NCBI GenBank assembly: GCA_964035545.1
Contig: OZ037768.1
Location: forward strand, 18,583,700 to 18,647,699
Direction of reading: 5' to 3'
From: Bugula neritina
Taxonomy: Eukaryota > Animalia > Bryozoa
DNA: 64,000 bases
The translations under genes and the position numbers were made by a program. Positions within the stretch are counted from its first letter, which is position 1. Each line of letters starts with the position of its first letter. The notes under the pieces were generated by a model, which saw only the letters and a program-made list of their open reading frames with translations, had not been told where the DNA came from and ran no database searches. Below are positions 1 through 12,750 of the stretch, piece by piece.

Positions 1-791
1 CAAGCATAAAGAAGTAGAGAACTCTATTGCTGTTTCTGCATCCAATACCTTGAATGAAACAGATGAGAAGCTTGATGAATCTTCATATGTGTGTGCTGTA
101 CCATTGTTGACACAATGTAAGTAATTTTAGATGCTGCCTCCCAATTTTAAAATTACTTATCAATTTGAAATACATCAAATACACTAAGAAAAAATTATTT
201 TAAATTGGCAGGCCAGACAGAGGTACCAAGCATTTTGCCTAAGAAACTTCAACAAAAGAACACAGTTACTGGTATGTTGCTTTAAGTATGGTTATCATAC
301 ACATATAACATACTTATTTTCAGTAACATAAGTTATAGTCATTTAGATTTAGAAAATAGAACCATGCAGCTACTATAATGACTTCAGGGCAGCCAATGCA
401 CTCACATGTAATCTGAAATAATTAGAATCACCCTGGTGTTTTACAGCATATATTTCTGCCCACCTTACTTGCAATCAGTTGCTTTTCAATTTTAGATGCT
501 ATGAGGAGTCTATGGCCTTACAGTAAAACGATTTTAGAAAGCTTTCTTTCAGCTAAACACCGGTTCAAACAACATAACTCTTGCGTTAATAAATTAATGT
601 TGAAATCTGCAAGCCATAAAGTAAAGCCATATTTCTTGAAATTTGTTAAAATATTAGAGGAAGAAGAAAAAGCAAAAACCATAAGCAAGTTCAGAGATAG
701 AGGACTGATTTCTATGGAAAGTAACTCAGAAGACAATTGGAAGATTAAAATTATTAATTATTGGTTGAATCAAATTAATGAGTTTCTATAA
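1..791 (+). CDS. 3' end of an unidentified protein-coding gene (exons <1-116, 212-271, 496-791)
   Basis: Open frame KHKEVENSIAVS... ends at donor GTAAGT (117). Phase-1 splicing through 212-271 (donor GTATGT) and acceptor TTTTAG (495) joins in frame to ORF 501-791. AATAAA at ~789 and 841. Confidence 0.7.
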
Positions 792-2823
792 TAAAATTAT
801 TCGCATCCTTTTTTTCTATTTTTTTTCTAACTTTAAGAAAAATAAACCTAAATGTGAAACCAAATCAATATCAAAAGATGAAACTATTTTTTCTGAAGTG
901 TAATTCAACATCACTAAACATGTTTGTTCTAGTTCAACATCATTATGATTAATATTATGACATGAGTCTTACAGTTAGTGTTATTGATACTCATACTGAT
1001 ACTCAGTCTCATGTCGATACTCATAGCATTAGCTGATGACTTTTATTAGATACGTCATTGCCAGTAACAAAATGAATACAAATATATAAAAAAATTAATG
1101 AATAATAATTATAATAATAATATACATTATATTAAATTAAAATAATACTAATAGTATTAGTAATAGTAAATAATAAAAAATTATTATTAAAAATTACTAA
1201 TAGTAATATATTACTATTAGTATTAGCCGTAATGCTAATACTAATAACTATAAGATCATCACTATGAATATTATGTGAGTATTTGCTGAAAAATTTACTT
1301 ACCCTGTCCCACAAAAAATACTTTCACTGTTGTATAATTCCAATCTCAGTTTGTCACTTGGAGAGTGAGAATAATATAAACACGCAGACGGTACCCAGCT
1401 ATCGCACTTTGTACACTGTATAGGTCGCGAATAATGAGCCAATGTAATGGATTCTCATCCTCATTATTATAATTACTGTTGCGTATGTTTTGAATGCTGT
1501 AATTGTAGCTAAGTTGGGCTAGCTTTCTAATGCCTTATTATTGTGATTGTTGTTAAAGCTTTCAGTATAATGTAATTTTCATGAAATACGCATTCCAGAG
1601 TTATTTTCTCTTTCTGCTATTTTATCGTTTTGCATTAATACTGATACTGGAAATTTGTGTGGCTTTTATGAATACCTTCAATACATAGGTTGGCCTATTG
1701 AATTATTCGTTTTCCTTTGTCTACTTTTCTTTTGTTTCTGTCAAGCTTAACTTTCTTTTGTCTGTTGGAACATTCTAGATGTGAATTCTTGTGTATAAAA
1801 GCAGGCGAGTTTCCAGTATAGTTCAGACTACTACTGGAGCTCGCTGGTAGTTGGGCCCTAAGCTGTATCTGATACAATAAAGGTTATCCTTATTTGTACT
1901 CAAATACTTGGCTTATTCTCTCTAACACAAAGAGTATGTTCAGGCACTAGTTGCATTCATAACCCACAGTTTACTACACCATAAATACAGCAATTTGCTT
2001 GAAGTCTCAGTATGTTCAGGAGTGGATGTTTCATATTTTATAACCCCCCCCCCATTCAATATATAAACTCCCCATTCTAATTTTTTACTTTTGCGTTGTA
2101 TTTACATGAATTATATTACGTTATTTAAATAATAATAGTTTAAGAATTATAAATATTCTGCAATTTTAGATAAAGTTACTTTTTCTAAATTAGGTTATTG
2201 TTTACTTCTCCCCCTAGCGTCACGACATCCTACGCGCTCTTTTGACATCAGTACAATCACGCATTCAAAGCTTATCATAACATTGTCAACATTGCATTGC
2301 ATAAGCAGAGAGCTAGTAGCTAGTAACTAGTAATAAGTGCGTTGGTGTCTTCTCACCTCTACGTGTTCAACGAAGCGCGAAGTGATGCGCACTGCTAATT
2401 CCTCAGGGGAAAATATAGCATTTTCAGTGTATAAATCACTAATTTATGAGAAATCTAGTAAGGTTATTGAAAAAATAAAAAAACTTACACTGGAGAAATA
2501 TCTCAGGATTCCAACCGTGCAATTTTTATTCAGATACCATGTTTTACTGCTGAGATATTTTACTGGTACTGAAAAGTCAGCTTTTCAGCCAAAATTGGCC
2601 AAAATTGGGCAGTTTTTTGTCTATAACTTTGCAAAAAAAGTGAAAATTGAAAATTCCAAAAAAGTTGCACTGAAGAAAAAGAAGATCTACAACATAGTTT
2701 TTAAATTTTGGCTCTAGCACAATTAGGGGAGATTTTATTTTACTGGTACTGAAATCTTATATGATTACAATGCAAACCTCAGTGAGGCAGTTGCAGCTAA
2801 AAGGTTGCCCTTAACTATCCTGT

Positions 2824-2919
2824 GTAGTGAAACCACTGTATGTATTATGTATACTATATATGTATGTATTATAATACATACATATATAGTATACATAATA
2901 CATACAGTGGTTTCACTAC
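2824..2919. repeat. Perfect 96-bp spacerless palindrome, followed by ~2 direct copies of its 24-bp internal unit (2933-2982)
   Basis: gtagtgaaaccactgtatgt...tatta|taata...acatacagtggtttcactac; the two arms are exact reverse complements. Confidence 0.9.
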
Positions 2920-3036
2920 TTACAATCACATATATGTATACTATATATGTATGTATTATGTATACTATATATGTATGTATTATGAGCTCTCATATTAAGC
3001 TATTTTGTTGCCAAAACATAATAATATAATATTTAC

Positions 3037-5271
3037 CACCAAATGTTGCTTGCTGAGGTTTTGAATCAGAGGCTGTTGTGTTTATTGATTCCCCGTCCAA
3101 ATCTGCAAAATAAGTGAAGTTTTATCTGGTCTAAAATCTGATAAATTATGTATAATTATTTTTTTATCAGCTGCAAAACTATGCAATATAAAGTGCTTTA
3201 AACGTCTTAAAATTAATTTACATATTTTTAGATTGTTTTAGAGTTTAATCAATCGATCAAAGATTTTATAGCAAAAGGCGGCAACAGATTTGAGTATTTT
3301 ATATCACAAAATATAATTATTTTGTAAATTGATGTCTTGCAGCAATTGCATAAGTTTCGTATTTTATAATGACTGCAAGAATACAATTAGACAACATAAT
3401 GCTGAATATGTTTTAAAAGATATATTTTTAGGTAGGAAGGCACAACTAAATTTTGAAAAGCAAAAAGTTGCATTAAACCTCGCATATGTAGCCATTTTAC
3501 ACCTTTGCTCTCCTATGTCATGGAGTCTGTTCCTTTAATATATGAATAATATATTAGGGTATAGATACCAAACATCTTAAGATCTCTAGTGGCACTGAAT
3601 AATGCCAAGTGGCAGAAGCTTTTCACTGTTGTTCCAATGCATGCATGCAAATATATTTTCGACCATTATATTATATACCGATAACTTTAGAGTTTTTGTT
3701 ATAATCATACGGTAAATTGTGTTTTATAACTTACTACCATGATTTCTGTTATGATCATGGTTATTTTCATAGTTATATGACACATTGCTGATAAAACCGC
3801 TTACCTTTATTGTTCATGGATTTGTAGTCTTTGTACTTCAGCGCCACTACTACCGCCACCACTATTGCTATTACAACCACACTTCCAAATATAATCCCAA
3901 TAACACCGCCAATAGGCATCTTAAGGGTGTTAGACTCCTTAGACTTCTCAGGACTTTTTATGCTCTGTTTTTCTGGTGTGGGAGAGGGCTTAATTGGGCT
4001 GCTCATTTTGACGGCAGGTTTGGTAGTTCCTTTAGCTTCATTAGTTGTTGCTGACTTTGACTCCAATTGGCAGCTTCGGTTCAAAAATTCTTAAAGCAAA
4101 ACCAATTACAGTTGTAAATACCTGAGCTATTCAATGAGCCATTAGCAGAGATAAAATAAATCATTCCTTTACTGATAGTGGCTAGTCAAGTAGTTAAATC
4201 AAAAGCTCGAGAAATATTGTATTACATTTTAGAATGCTTCTTTAGTTTTGAATTATATAATGATGGTTATATAAGATTTTCAGGCATCGCAGTTTTTATT
4301 ATCTCAACTAAAAGTAACTTTCTTTAGATCTCCTATAAGCTTGCGATATCATAAATGAAAAATAAGTTACAGTTCATTAGTTCTGCAAAAATAATAAATG
4401 AATAAAACTTTACCACAGATTGTTAAAATTTAAAAAATATATTAATCTGAATTATCTAACTTTGCTGAAATATATAACATGTACATGAGAGTAATACCTG
4501 GACAAAATGATTTACAACGAGCTTCATTTATTGAGGATTGAACCACGCCATCGCATATTTCAGAACATGGCCGATACTGGGAGAAGTGTTCAACATAATA
4601 GCAGTAGGTTTCGTTGACTCCATGTAGCCCAAGCTGGTTGCACTGTACAAATGTTATTTCATTCGCTAGCCCAGAGCATCTCCAAATTCTGCTGTCTGCT
4701 GGGGCGGCCATCCCAACCATTGACAGGTAAGCGACATGCAGTAATACCGAGACTATCCTACAATAATCTATGGCTTATAGGAGGAGTATGAAAAGGAGGA
4801 AGAGCAGCGGCAGCAGCAGCAGAAACCTATCTTATAAATTTTAACGTCTGCTGTATAATCTCTTTTCTTCATTGCTTTAAGACTTATTTTTTTATTTTGT
4901 GAACATTTCTGATATATATTGCTATAGAATATAAATGATTGATTAATGAGGCATCTGACACTTTTTCTAGTTTTAAAATATGAAATCAATAATAATTACT
5001 TGACATTGATAAATTTAATTTTTTAAGCAAGATTTGAAAATGAGTCTAAATTTTTTTTAAACAATACATCGAAATAAACATGGTACTGTGAATAATATTT
5101 GGTTAGCATACATACTGAAATTATTACTGCTGATATAAAAATCCAAGTTATTAAATATCTTTATTTTGTGTAGGTAAAATGTAGATTAGCAATATTTAAG
5201 CTGCACTTCATATGCAATAGTCATTATATGTGATGCAGCTAATTGTTGAATTATATATATAATTATATATA

Positions 5272-5346
<75 letters not shown>

Positions 5347-7480
5347 GTATTTGTATAGCAGCTTAGAAGTTTGTTATCAATTGATATCAGATAATCAATG
5401 AGATAGTGAAGACACTAAAACCAGTGAGGCTAATAAATATGTGGAAATGTTTGGCACCTGCCTCTTTCTATAGCATCAAAGCCAGGTGGCTCAGCAATGT
5501 CTTTGTATGCATGAAAAGTCATTGAATATAGTAATGACTTATTGGTATGCCAAAGTCATTCCATTGGAATGTAAAGGTGAAAGTCTAGCAAATTTTGTAA
5601 AGAATTTAGCATGACAAAGGTCAATGAATCAAAATAATAATCTTGGCAGTATTTACATTGTATAACAGTGAATCACTTCCGATCGGATTTAATAGCTCCT
5701 TTTATAGAGGTGTAACCTGCATCTTTCAAGCCTTTATACTTGTCTTTCACTCAATTTAAGCAGATGCAATCTATGCATCTGATACACATTTATAATTTAT
5801 ATTGAGTTTGAATCTAAAAATTCCATAAGGTGTGACTATCACAAGTGCATGGGTGGTTTGATTCTCGTTTCAGTCTATTGTCTGAGAAGTATGCAAAGGT
5901 GTGCACAAAAACCATGTTGAGGCGTGTGAAGCTTCCAAAGATAGTTGAATTAATTGTTCAGGATTAAATTTGTTACTTTGCATCATGCTAAAGAAATTGC
6001 TGGAATGACAAATGTGTTGCATTTTTTGTATTGATTATCGATGTGCAGTCAGTTGGCTCAATAAAAGCATAGAAAAAATGTGCCTATCTGACAAAATATG
6101 ACTGGAAGAATAATGACGAAATTATAATAATCACATGGCTATTACAACTATGCCAAGTGTCATGGCAATATATAAAAGCAGCAAAATTTACTAAATGCCA
6201 AAACTAGATTCAAAAGAATTTTAGTAACAGCAAGGGATAGTATTCTATATAGTTATTGAAATTGTGCCACAGCTATTGCTTCTATACAGGTGGTGAACAG
6301 TAGACTTAGTGCTCAACATTACAAAATGGAATTGTAACTTATTCATTATGTTATGCAATTTGCACTTATTTGAACTTTTATTTTTATTGCAGACTTGAAA
6401 TTGTTATAAGGCTCTTAAATAACTTGTCAGTGAGTATAAAAAGCAAAAATAAAAAACCAATGTTAAAGTTTTTGCTGTTCTGCCAATGAAATCTTAATCT
6501 ACTAGTTGCAAACACAACTCCAGCAGTATGTATAGTTTGCTTCATTTCAGATTGATGCTTTATTGTAACAGTAAAAGAGTCTTTAGTATAAAATAAATTA
6601 GTAGCAGGTTAAACTTTACAAAATACATAGCTCTATTGACAGATAGAATTTTCTCCTTGTCCGTAAGGGAGGGGGGGGGGGGAGATGACACTTTAATGTA
6701 AGGCAGGACAAATATTTAAACAGCTTATAAAGTAATTCTAAATAATCTTTTTATAGTTTATACTGTATGTACCCATGCAAAAGTAATTATATGACAAGGG
6801 TGACACTCACACTTGTACACTAAGTAAACTGTTACATAATTGTAAAGACAATTAAAGGTTTTGATAAATATGGAAACTGAGGTATTAATTAAAAGATAAA
6901 GTAAATTTAAATCATTTCTCACTAACACGCACCACAATAGGTTTTATAATATCTGTAGTATTAGACTCTATAAGCTTCTAAAATTTTGAAGAAGTGATCG
7001 AAAAATTCCAATATAGGCTAGATTTTTAAAATTTTGAATCCTTGTTTTACTTAGAAATCTTATCAAGTCACATTCTTTCACAATATTTGTTATCTTGGGC
7101 ATAGGTTTATCTTAAGGTTTCTATTTTAATTTATATGTCTGCATATATAACTTTAATACACTTGTATCTTCTGCTGTCTATAACTTTCAATAAAATTAAA
7201 GCAATTTAATCTCAAAAAATTAATCATCTGTTTAAAAGTCAATCAAATCCAATTAAATCTATTACATAGTGCCTGATGCATAAAATTTGTATGTTCTTAT
7301 ATGACATGTGTTTATCATTTACCACTAATCCATGTTCTTTTACTGGGTCAAAGCTGTGCACCAAATACTTGATTGGCTGCATAAACACGTTTGGTAAGCT
7401 TACCTCTGTTAGCTCATAGCAAATAACGCAGAGTAAAGTACAAGGCAAAGTCATTGTACTTACCACCTGTGATTCACCAT
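3037..7480 (-). CDS. Single-pass type-I membrane protein, TNF-receptor-like (Grindelwald-type single cysteine-rich domain). Exons 7480-7464, 4757-4498, 4089-3805, 3102-3037; terminal exon uncertain (possibly 1868-1858). ~210 aa
   Basis: All junctions are GT-AG and phase-compatible. Product: signal peptide MVNHRWIVSVLLHVAYLSMVGMA; Cys-rich domain C-x11-C-x12-C-x8-Y-RPC-SEIC-x12-C-KSFC; S/T/P/K stalk; TM IGGVIGIIFGSVVVIAIVVAVVVAL; short tail containing PQQAT. Confidence 0.75.
5250..5341. repeat. (TA)n microsatellite
   Basis: Visible directly. Confidence 0.95.
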
Positions 7481-7639
7481 GCTGAAGGAGGTTGCAGCCT
7501 TTTCCTTGTAAGCTCAAAACCAGACTAAATTCTTTTGAAAGCAGTGGAACATTCTTTATGAATCACGGTTATCCCTCATATTCCCAGTAATTGTGAAGGT
7601 GGAATTTTTGTAAACTTTTGTCTTAGTCATAACAAAACT

Positions 7640-7800
7640 GCTAAATATATACCATTATAATAAGCTCTGAATGTATAGTCCGTGCAGATACTGGGAATTT
7701 CTAAGCACTGCGTTCTTGCTGTTGGAATTTCCCCAAGGCGCGTCGCGGTGATGTGTAAATAAGCCAAGCGAATCGGCGTCACGCGACAGTGATCACACGA
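7640..7800 (-). promoter_or_regulatory. Putative promoter of the TNFR-like gene with NF-kB sites
   Basis: GGGAAATTCC on the minus strand (7724-7733) is a perfect GGGRNWYYCC match; GGGAATTTCT at 7693-7702 has one mismatch. TATA-like TATATA at ~7646-7652 and a local CpG cluster at 7735-7800; the kB sites lie about 210-250 bp upstream of the ATG. Confidence 0.55.
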
Positions 7801-8099
7801 TAAAGCTAATACTTATCGTTATGATGGGTACATTGCCCGTTTGTAACTCTATCCTATTATACTGATTATGACTGGCCCAATTAGTAAGTATAAACTAAAG
7901 TTACCAATTTAATGCATAAAACCCCTGAAGTCTAATGTATTAGAGGCTCTCACAATGCAGCTAAGCAGTTTGTGCTGCAAAAATGTAAACTCTATAATAA
8001 AACATTGCACACTATCCAGTATTTAACGTCTAGCTGAAATAAATATCTATAGCGTGGATATAATATATTTAATGCACACACAAGCCCAGCAGTGTACAC

Positions 8100-8260
8100 A
8101 TGTGTGTATGTTGTGGTGTTGTGGTGTTGTGGTGTTGTGGTGTGTGGTGCTTGGGCGAGTGTGTGGTGTGTGTTTACATATAGTATATGTATATAGTATG
8201 TATATGTATATAATATGTATATAATATATGTATATTATACATATACATATAGGTATATGT
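8100..8260. repeat. (GTGTTGTG)n and TA/TG-rich simple repeats
   Basis: Visible directly. Confidence 0.85.
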
Positions 8261-8357
8261 GAGCGATTTAAAAATGTTTTTGAGAAAGTTTATTTTCCGT
8301 TACAGTAGGGGGTATGCAGCTGATAAGATTATTATAATTAATTAGTATCCATGTAAT

Positions 8358-11300
8358 TTATTGAAATATCTTATCTACATAGTATATGTATGACAGTACA
8401 TAGAGAAGCAAATTTTCACCTTTGTTCACCTTTTACCTCCATGTCCTGACGATAACATAGAGCAGCAAAGAATTATATGAATGCTATATCACATACTATA
8501 TTATTGATAAAATACATACATAAGGCAAGCTAGTGAATAACTTCAAAATGCTTAACCAAAGGGTTTCTTCTATAGGTTGAAGTGTAATAAAAAGGCATTA
8601 TTTTGAACACGCCGTATTATTGAAAAAGTGTACTGAACAGTAATTATCACACCACTTACTGGTTGGGGTACACATAACTCGTATTTAAAAGAAAATATCT
8701 AGAGCCCCATAATCTATGATTTATAAACAAATATGATACAAACACAGCAATGATAAAGAATACATATATATGTATATATGTAAACTTTTTACTTATTGAA
8801 ATATAATTTATTATTAAACAAGAATTGATAAAGTTTATGGCTGTTGAGTATATAATATATTACACAGTATAATATTGTTATATGAAGTCTATATAGCAGA
8901 TGGAAGCTATTTTACTGATTATATTAAGCTATACTTTATATGCTAATTATATAGCAAACTTTGACGGAAACATCTAGGAGTTCATTGTTAGATCAGGCAT
9001 TCAGAAGTCAAATTAGCAAGATGCTCTGTAACCACAGAAAAATCGAATGCAAAATGCTTTTCAGCCCCATGAGTCCAATTTACTTGTGAATCTTGTGATG
9101 TATGGTCAATTATTTTAACCGGTTCTCTAACTAGTATACAGTATCTAGAGCAGTTGTGGCTCAAAGGGTTTGTGTCTGTGGATGCTGCCATTCCACCTCT
9201 TGGAAGAAGCGAGACAAACTGTAAAACATCATTGCAACAATTTTTGAAAACAAGTCAACAGCTATATGCAATGACTTGATGCTTATTATTTGTGATAACT
9301 CGCCCAATCAATAATTATATGTAATGCAATTACATTCAAAGTTCCTTTTACAAACCTCCCAGCATTGGTACATAATAATGCAGTGGATTGCATGTAAAGC
9401 AGAAGTAATGACTGCATCACACACTAATTAAATTAATTTTATAATTTTTTGAGAAGAATATATAGAAGGCTGATACATCTTAGGTAAATTAACAAAATAA
9501 TAGCAACAGCTAATAAATATTGTACTTGCTTGATCTATTTATAGAAATTACTGATAAATTCAAAGACTTAGGCCTTTTGAGTTATCACAAGTTAGTAACT
9601 ATTGGCATCCAACATTTTATAGCATAAAAGATATTCAAATAGTACGCGCTTTGTCAATCTTTTGGAATTTTTAATATAACGATTAACTATAAGACAATTG
9701 CACAGATAAACTATTACACTTACCAACAATAAACATAGCACGCATTTACCACTTCCTGCCATCTCCTGATGTTAAAAAGAATACAAAGAGCATTTGCAAG
9801 TAGCACTTGTAGTTATTACAGGTGAACTGCACATGAGTGCTTTGGGTCATAGCTGTTTTTGGTATATTTAATAAATAGTCTTATATAAAAACTCTGGTTA
9901 TTGTTATGTTGTTGCATAATAACAATTGGGATTGTTAATATCATAATAGTGATATTACTCATGTAAACTTAATAATTTTCCCAAAATTGAATTTATGCCG
10001 ACATGAGTTTTCCAAAGAATCTGGTGCAGCGTTTCAGGCAATTGCAGCTATAAGTGTAATGCACAAACTTAAAAGCTTGTATTTTATCCTAATAGTGATT
10101 CTTATAAGAATCATGCATACAGCCTTTGACAAAACATTATAAATTTCTAGTGCTGCATATTATAGAGTAAGCGTAGGACCACCAGGGCAACAGGCCAGTC
10201 TAGCCCAAAAATAAGCTGTCTTGTGCGGAATTTTTGTGCTGGTAATATGCTGCGCAGGAAGCGCAGAAAGCTTGTGCAGGTGTGATCTAATTGGCTAGTT
10301 ACCAGTACTTAAAATTTAGCTGAAATTAATATCAATAGCATGGACAATGTGTGTGTGTGTGTGTGTGTACTTTATTAAAATATTTTATCTATATAATATA
10401 TGTATGACAGCTAGTACATATAGAGAAGCAAATGAAAAATCTTCAGCCCAAATGTGTCTAAATGAGTCCACTTATTTCAACTGGTTCTCTAACTAGTATA
10501 CAATATCTAGAGCAGTTGTGGCTCAAAGGGTTTGTGTCTGTGGATGCTGCCATGCCATCTTTTGCAAGAAGATAGACAAACTGTAAAACATCATTTCAAC
10601 AATTTATGAAAAGCAAGTCAGCAGCTATATGCAATGACTTGATGCATATTATTTGTAATAACTCACCCAATCAATAATTATATGTTTAATGCTGATGGCA
10701 TATCAACATTGAAAAGTTTGCTTAGTTCAAAGTTTCTTTTACAAACCTGTCAGCATTAGTAGATAGCAAAGCAGTAGATTGTGCGTAAAAGAAAAATAAT
10801 GTCTGTATCACACATCATTTAAATCAATTTCGTAAGTTCTGAGAATAATATGCAGAATGCCACTACAGTTTTTGGGAAAACAAAGAACTAATTGCGACAG
10901 CTAATAAATATTACTTGCTTTCTTTCAGGATCTTGCTCTCTTTATAGATAATTGTTTATGAATTTAAAGACTTAGATCATTTGAGCATCGCAGGCTATAA
11001 GTAACTATTGGCACCCAACATTTTATAGCATAGAAAATATTCAAATATAGTATGCAGGCTTTGTCAATCTTTCCAAATTTATAATATATTTATAATATAG
11101 CAAAAAACTATAAGACAATTGCACAGATATTAGAATAAACCTTGACACTTACCAACAATATACATGTTTACCATTTGCTGCCATCTTCTTTATTGACGTG
11201 TTAAAAATAATGTAAAGCATATGCAGGTAGTCCTTGTAGTTATATGGGGGAATTATACTTAGATGCTTTGAATTGATTTTTTTTAGGTTATATATTTCAT

Positions 11301-11584
11301 AGTCTTATAGAAAAGCTGGTTATATTTGCCATGTTGTGTTATAACAACAAATAGGATAATAGCGGTATTACTCATGTGAACTTGACAGTTTTTGTAAAAG
11401 ATGAAATTTGAGTGGTTATGAATTTTCCATAAAAATCTGAAGCAGTTTCAGCCAACTGCAGTATAATGCACACGCTGAAAAGCTTGTAATCTAATAGTGA
11501 TTCTTATATAAATAATGCGTATACAACCTTTTACAAAATATAAACTTTATATTACTCAAAAAATATCTAATACAGCATATTAAA
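8358..11584. repeat. Diverged tandem duplication: copy 1 ~8358-10165, copy 2 ~10371-11584 (copy 2 lacks most of ~8415-9110)
   Basis: Collinear matching blocks, e.g. 9121-9240 vs 10483-10600, gtaactattggca at ~9595 and ~11001, taatagtgattcttata at ~10090 and ~11492. Confidence 0.9.
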
Positions 11585-12041
11585 ATGTAATTAATGAGTG
11601 ATGCTATTATTTTAGTGATCAAGCTCTAACCTATATCAATTTTCAAAATGTCTATAAATAATCAATGATTTGAAATTTGCTTAATTGCTATGCTCTATTC
11701 ATGTATGAACATTTGAAGTAGTACAAACTAAACATACAAGCTCAATACTCCAGATAGGTTTTAATTACATAGTGTTCATAATTCTTTCATGTGAAAGTTT
11801 GAAGTTGTCCCTGACCAATAGGTATTATCAAAAATAATAAATATATGCAGTGAGCTTAGAGGTGAATCCTTTCCAGTTCAGCATTTTATGGTGTTTATGC
11901 AAGACTGGCACAACTAAAACCAGCTATTAATTTCAATTTACGTGAACATAGCATAAACTTTCAAAAACCAATAAGCTGTTGTGGTAGGTGAGAAAATTGA
12001 GTTTGCAATTTCTAGTAGTAAATTATGTATTCTCTTAGTTA

Positions 12042-12245
12042 GGCATCTACACTAGGAAAGATTGCAATTGGCATCTATCCTAGGCAGATTTGGCATAGTT
12101 ACTAGGAGCATTGCTAATTCAACTAGGGGAGATCGCAATTGGCATCTCTACTAGAGAGTATTGTAATTGGTTTTTCTACAAGGATGAAAGTGCATAGTGA
12201 TTAGGTACATGGCCAATCTTACAAGGAAAATCTTCAATTAGAAAA
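12042..12245. repeat. Degenerate ~28-30-bp minisatellite (GGCATCTnnACTAGGnnAGATTGCAATT-like)
   Basis: Several imperfect tandem units. Confidence 0.65.
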
Positions 12246-12674
12246 AAAGCCAATTGTTACCGCTGCTGGTAGAATAACCAATTCCAAACAAAAAATTCCA
12301 GTTATGTACAGTAATCATCTAAGCTACAACTATATTAAGGTTACTGGTGACTCAGTCTATAAGTGGTTATAGATAAGCTTGAAGCAGTTATTGAAATTTC
12401 CTACTCAACAGCAGATGCAGAATAAATTGTTATTTTAATAACCAATGAAATGGCGAGTGCTGAAGCATCTGCAGGCCATAGCTTCGCAAGCTGAGTTATA
12501 ATAATCATTCTGTGACAAATTAATTTACAGTGTATCAATATATTATATATTATAGAGAGTTGGCAGAGATATTGCTACAATTGGTTGATCTATTGTTATA
12601 CTTTAAACATCTATTTGCCACATTTGACTTACAACTGAAAGTTAGAGCATGTCTTGTATAAAATAAATTTTTTT

Positions 12675-12750
12675 CTCACTAAAATTTGAACCCAAGACCT
12701 CCAGCTTCCAAGCAGGCACGCTAACCATTACATTATGGGGTTCACTGGAT
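12675..12750 (-). mobile_element. tRNA-derived SINE head (same family as 54632-54720)
   Basis: Minus strand reads ataatgtaatggttagcgtgcctgcttggaagctggaggtcttgggttcaaatttt, with A- and B-box-like motifs, and aligns by eye to the 54.6 kb copy. Confidence 0.7.

Noticed and set aside
2040-2760. Probable non-autonomous DNA-transposon fragment (CpG-rich core, ORF 2337-2717)
   Set aside because: Could not define terminal repeats or a target-site duplication from this window alone.
8988-9191. Kinesin motor fragment (KHFAFDFS)
   Set aside because: Only a short resemblance; no P-loop or other kinesin motifs nearby.
12042-12245. CRISPR-like array
   Set aside because: Eukaryotic context, degenerate tandem units and no unique spacers.
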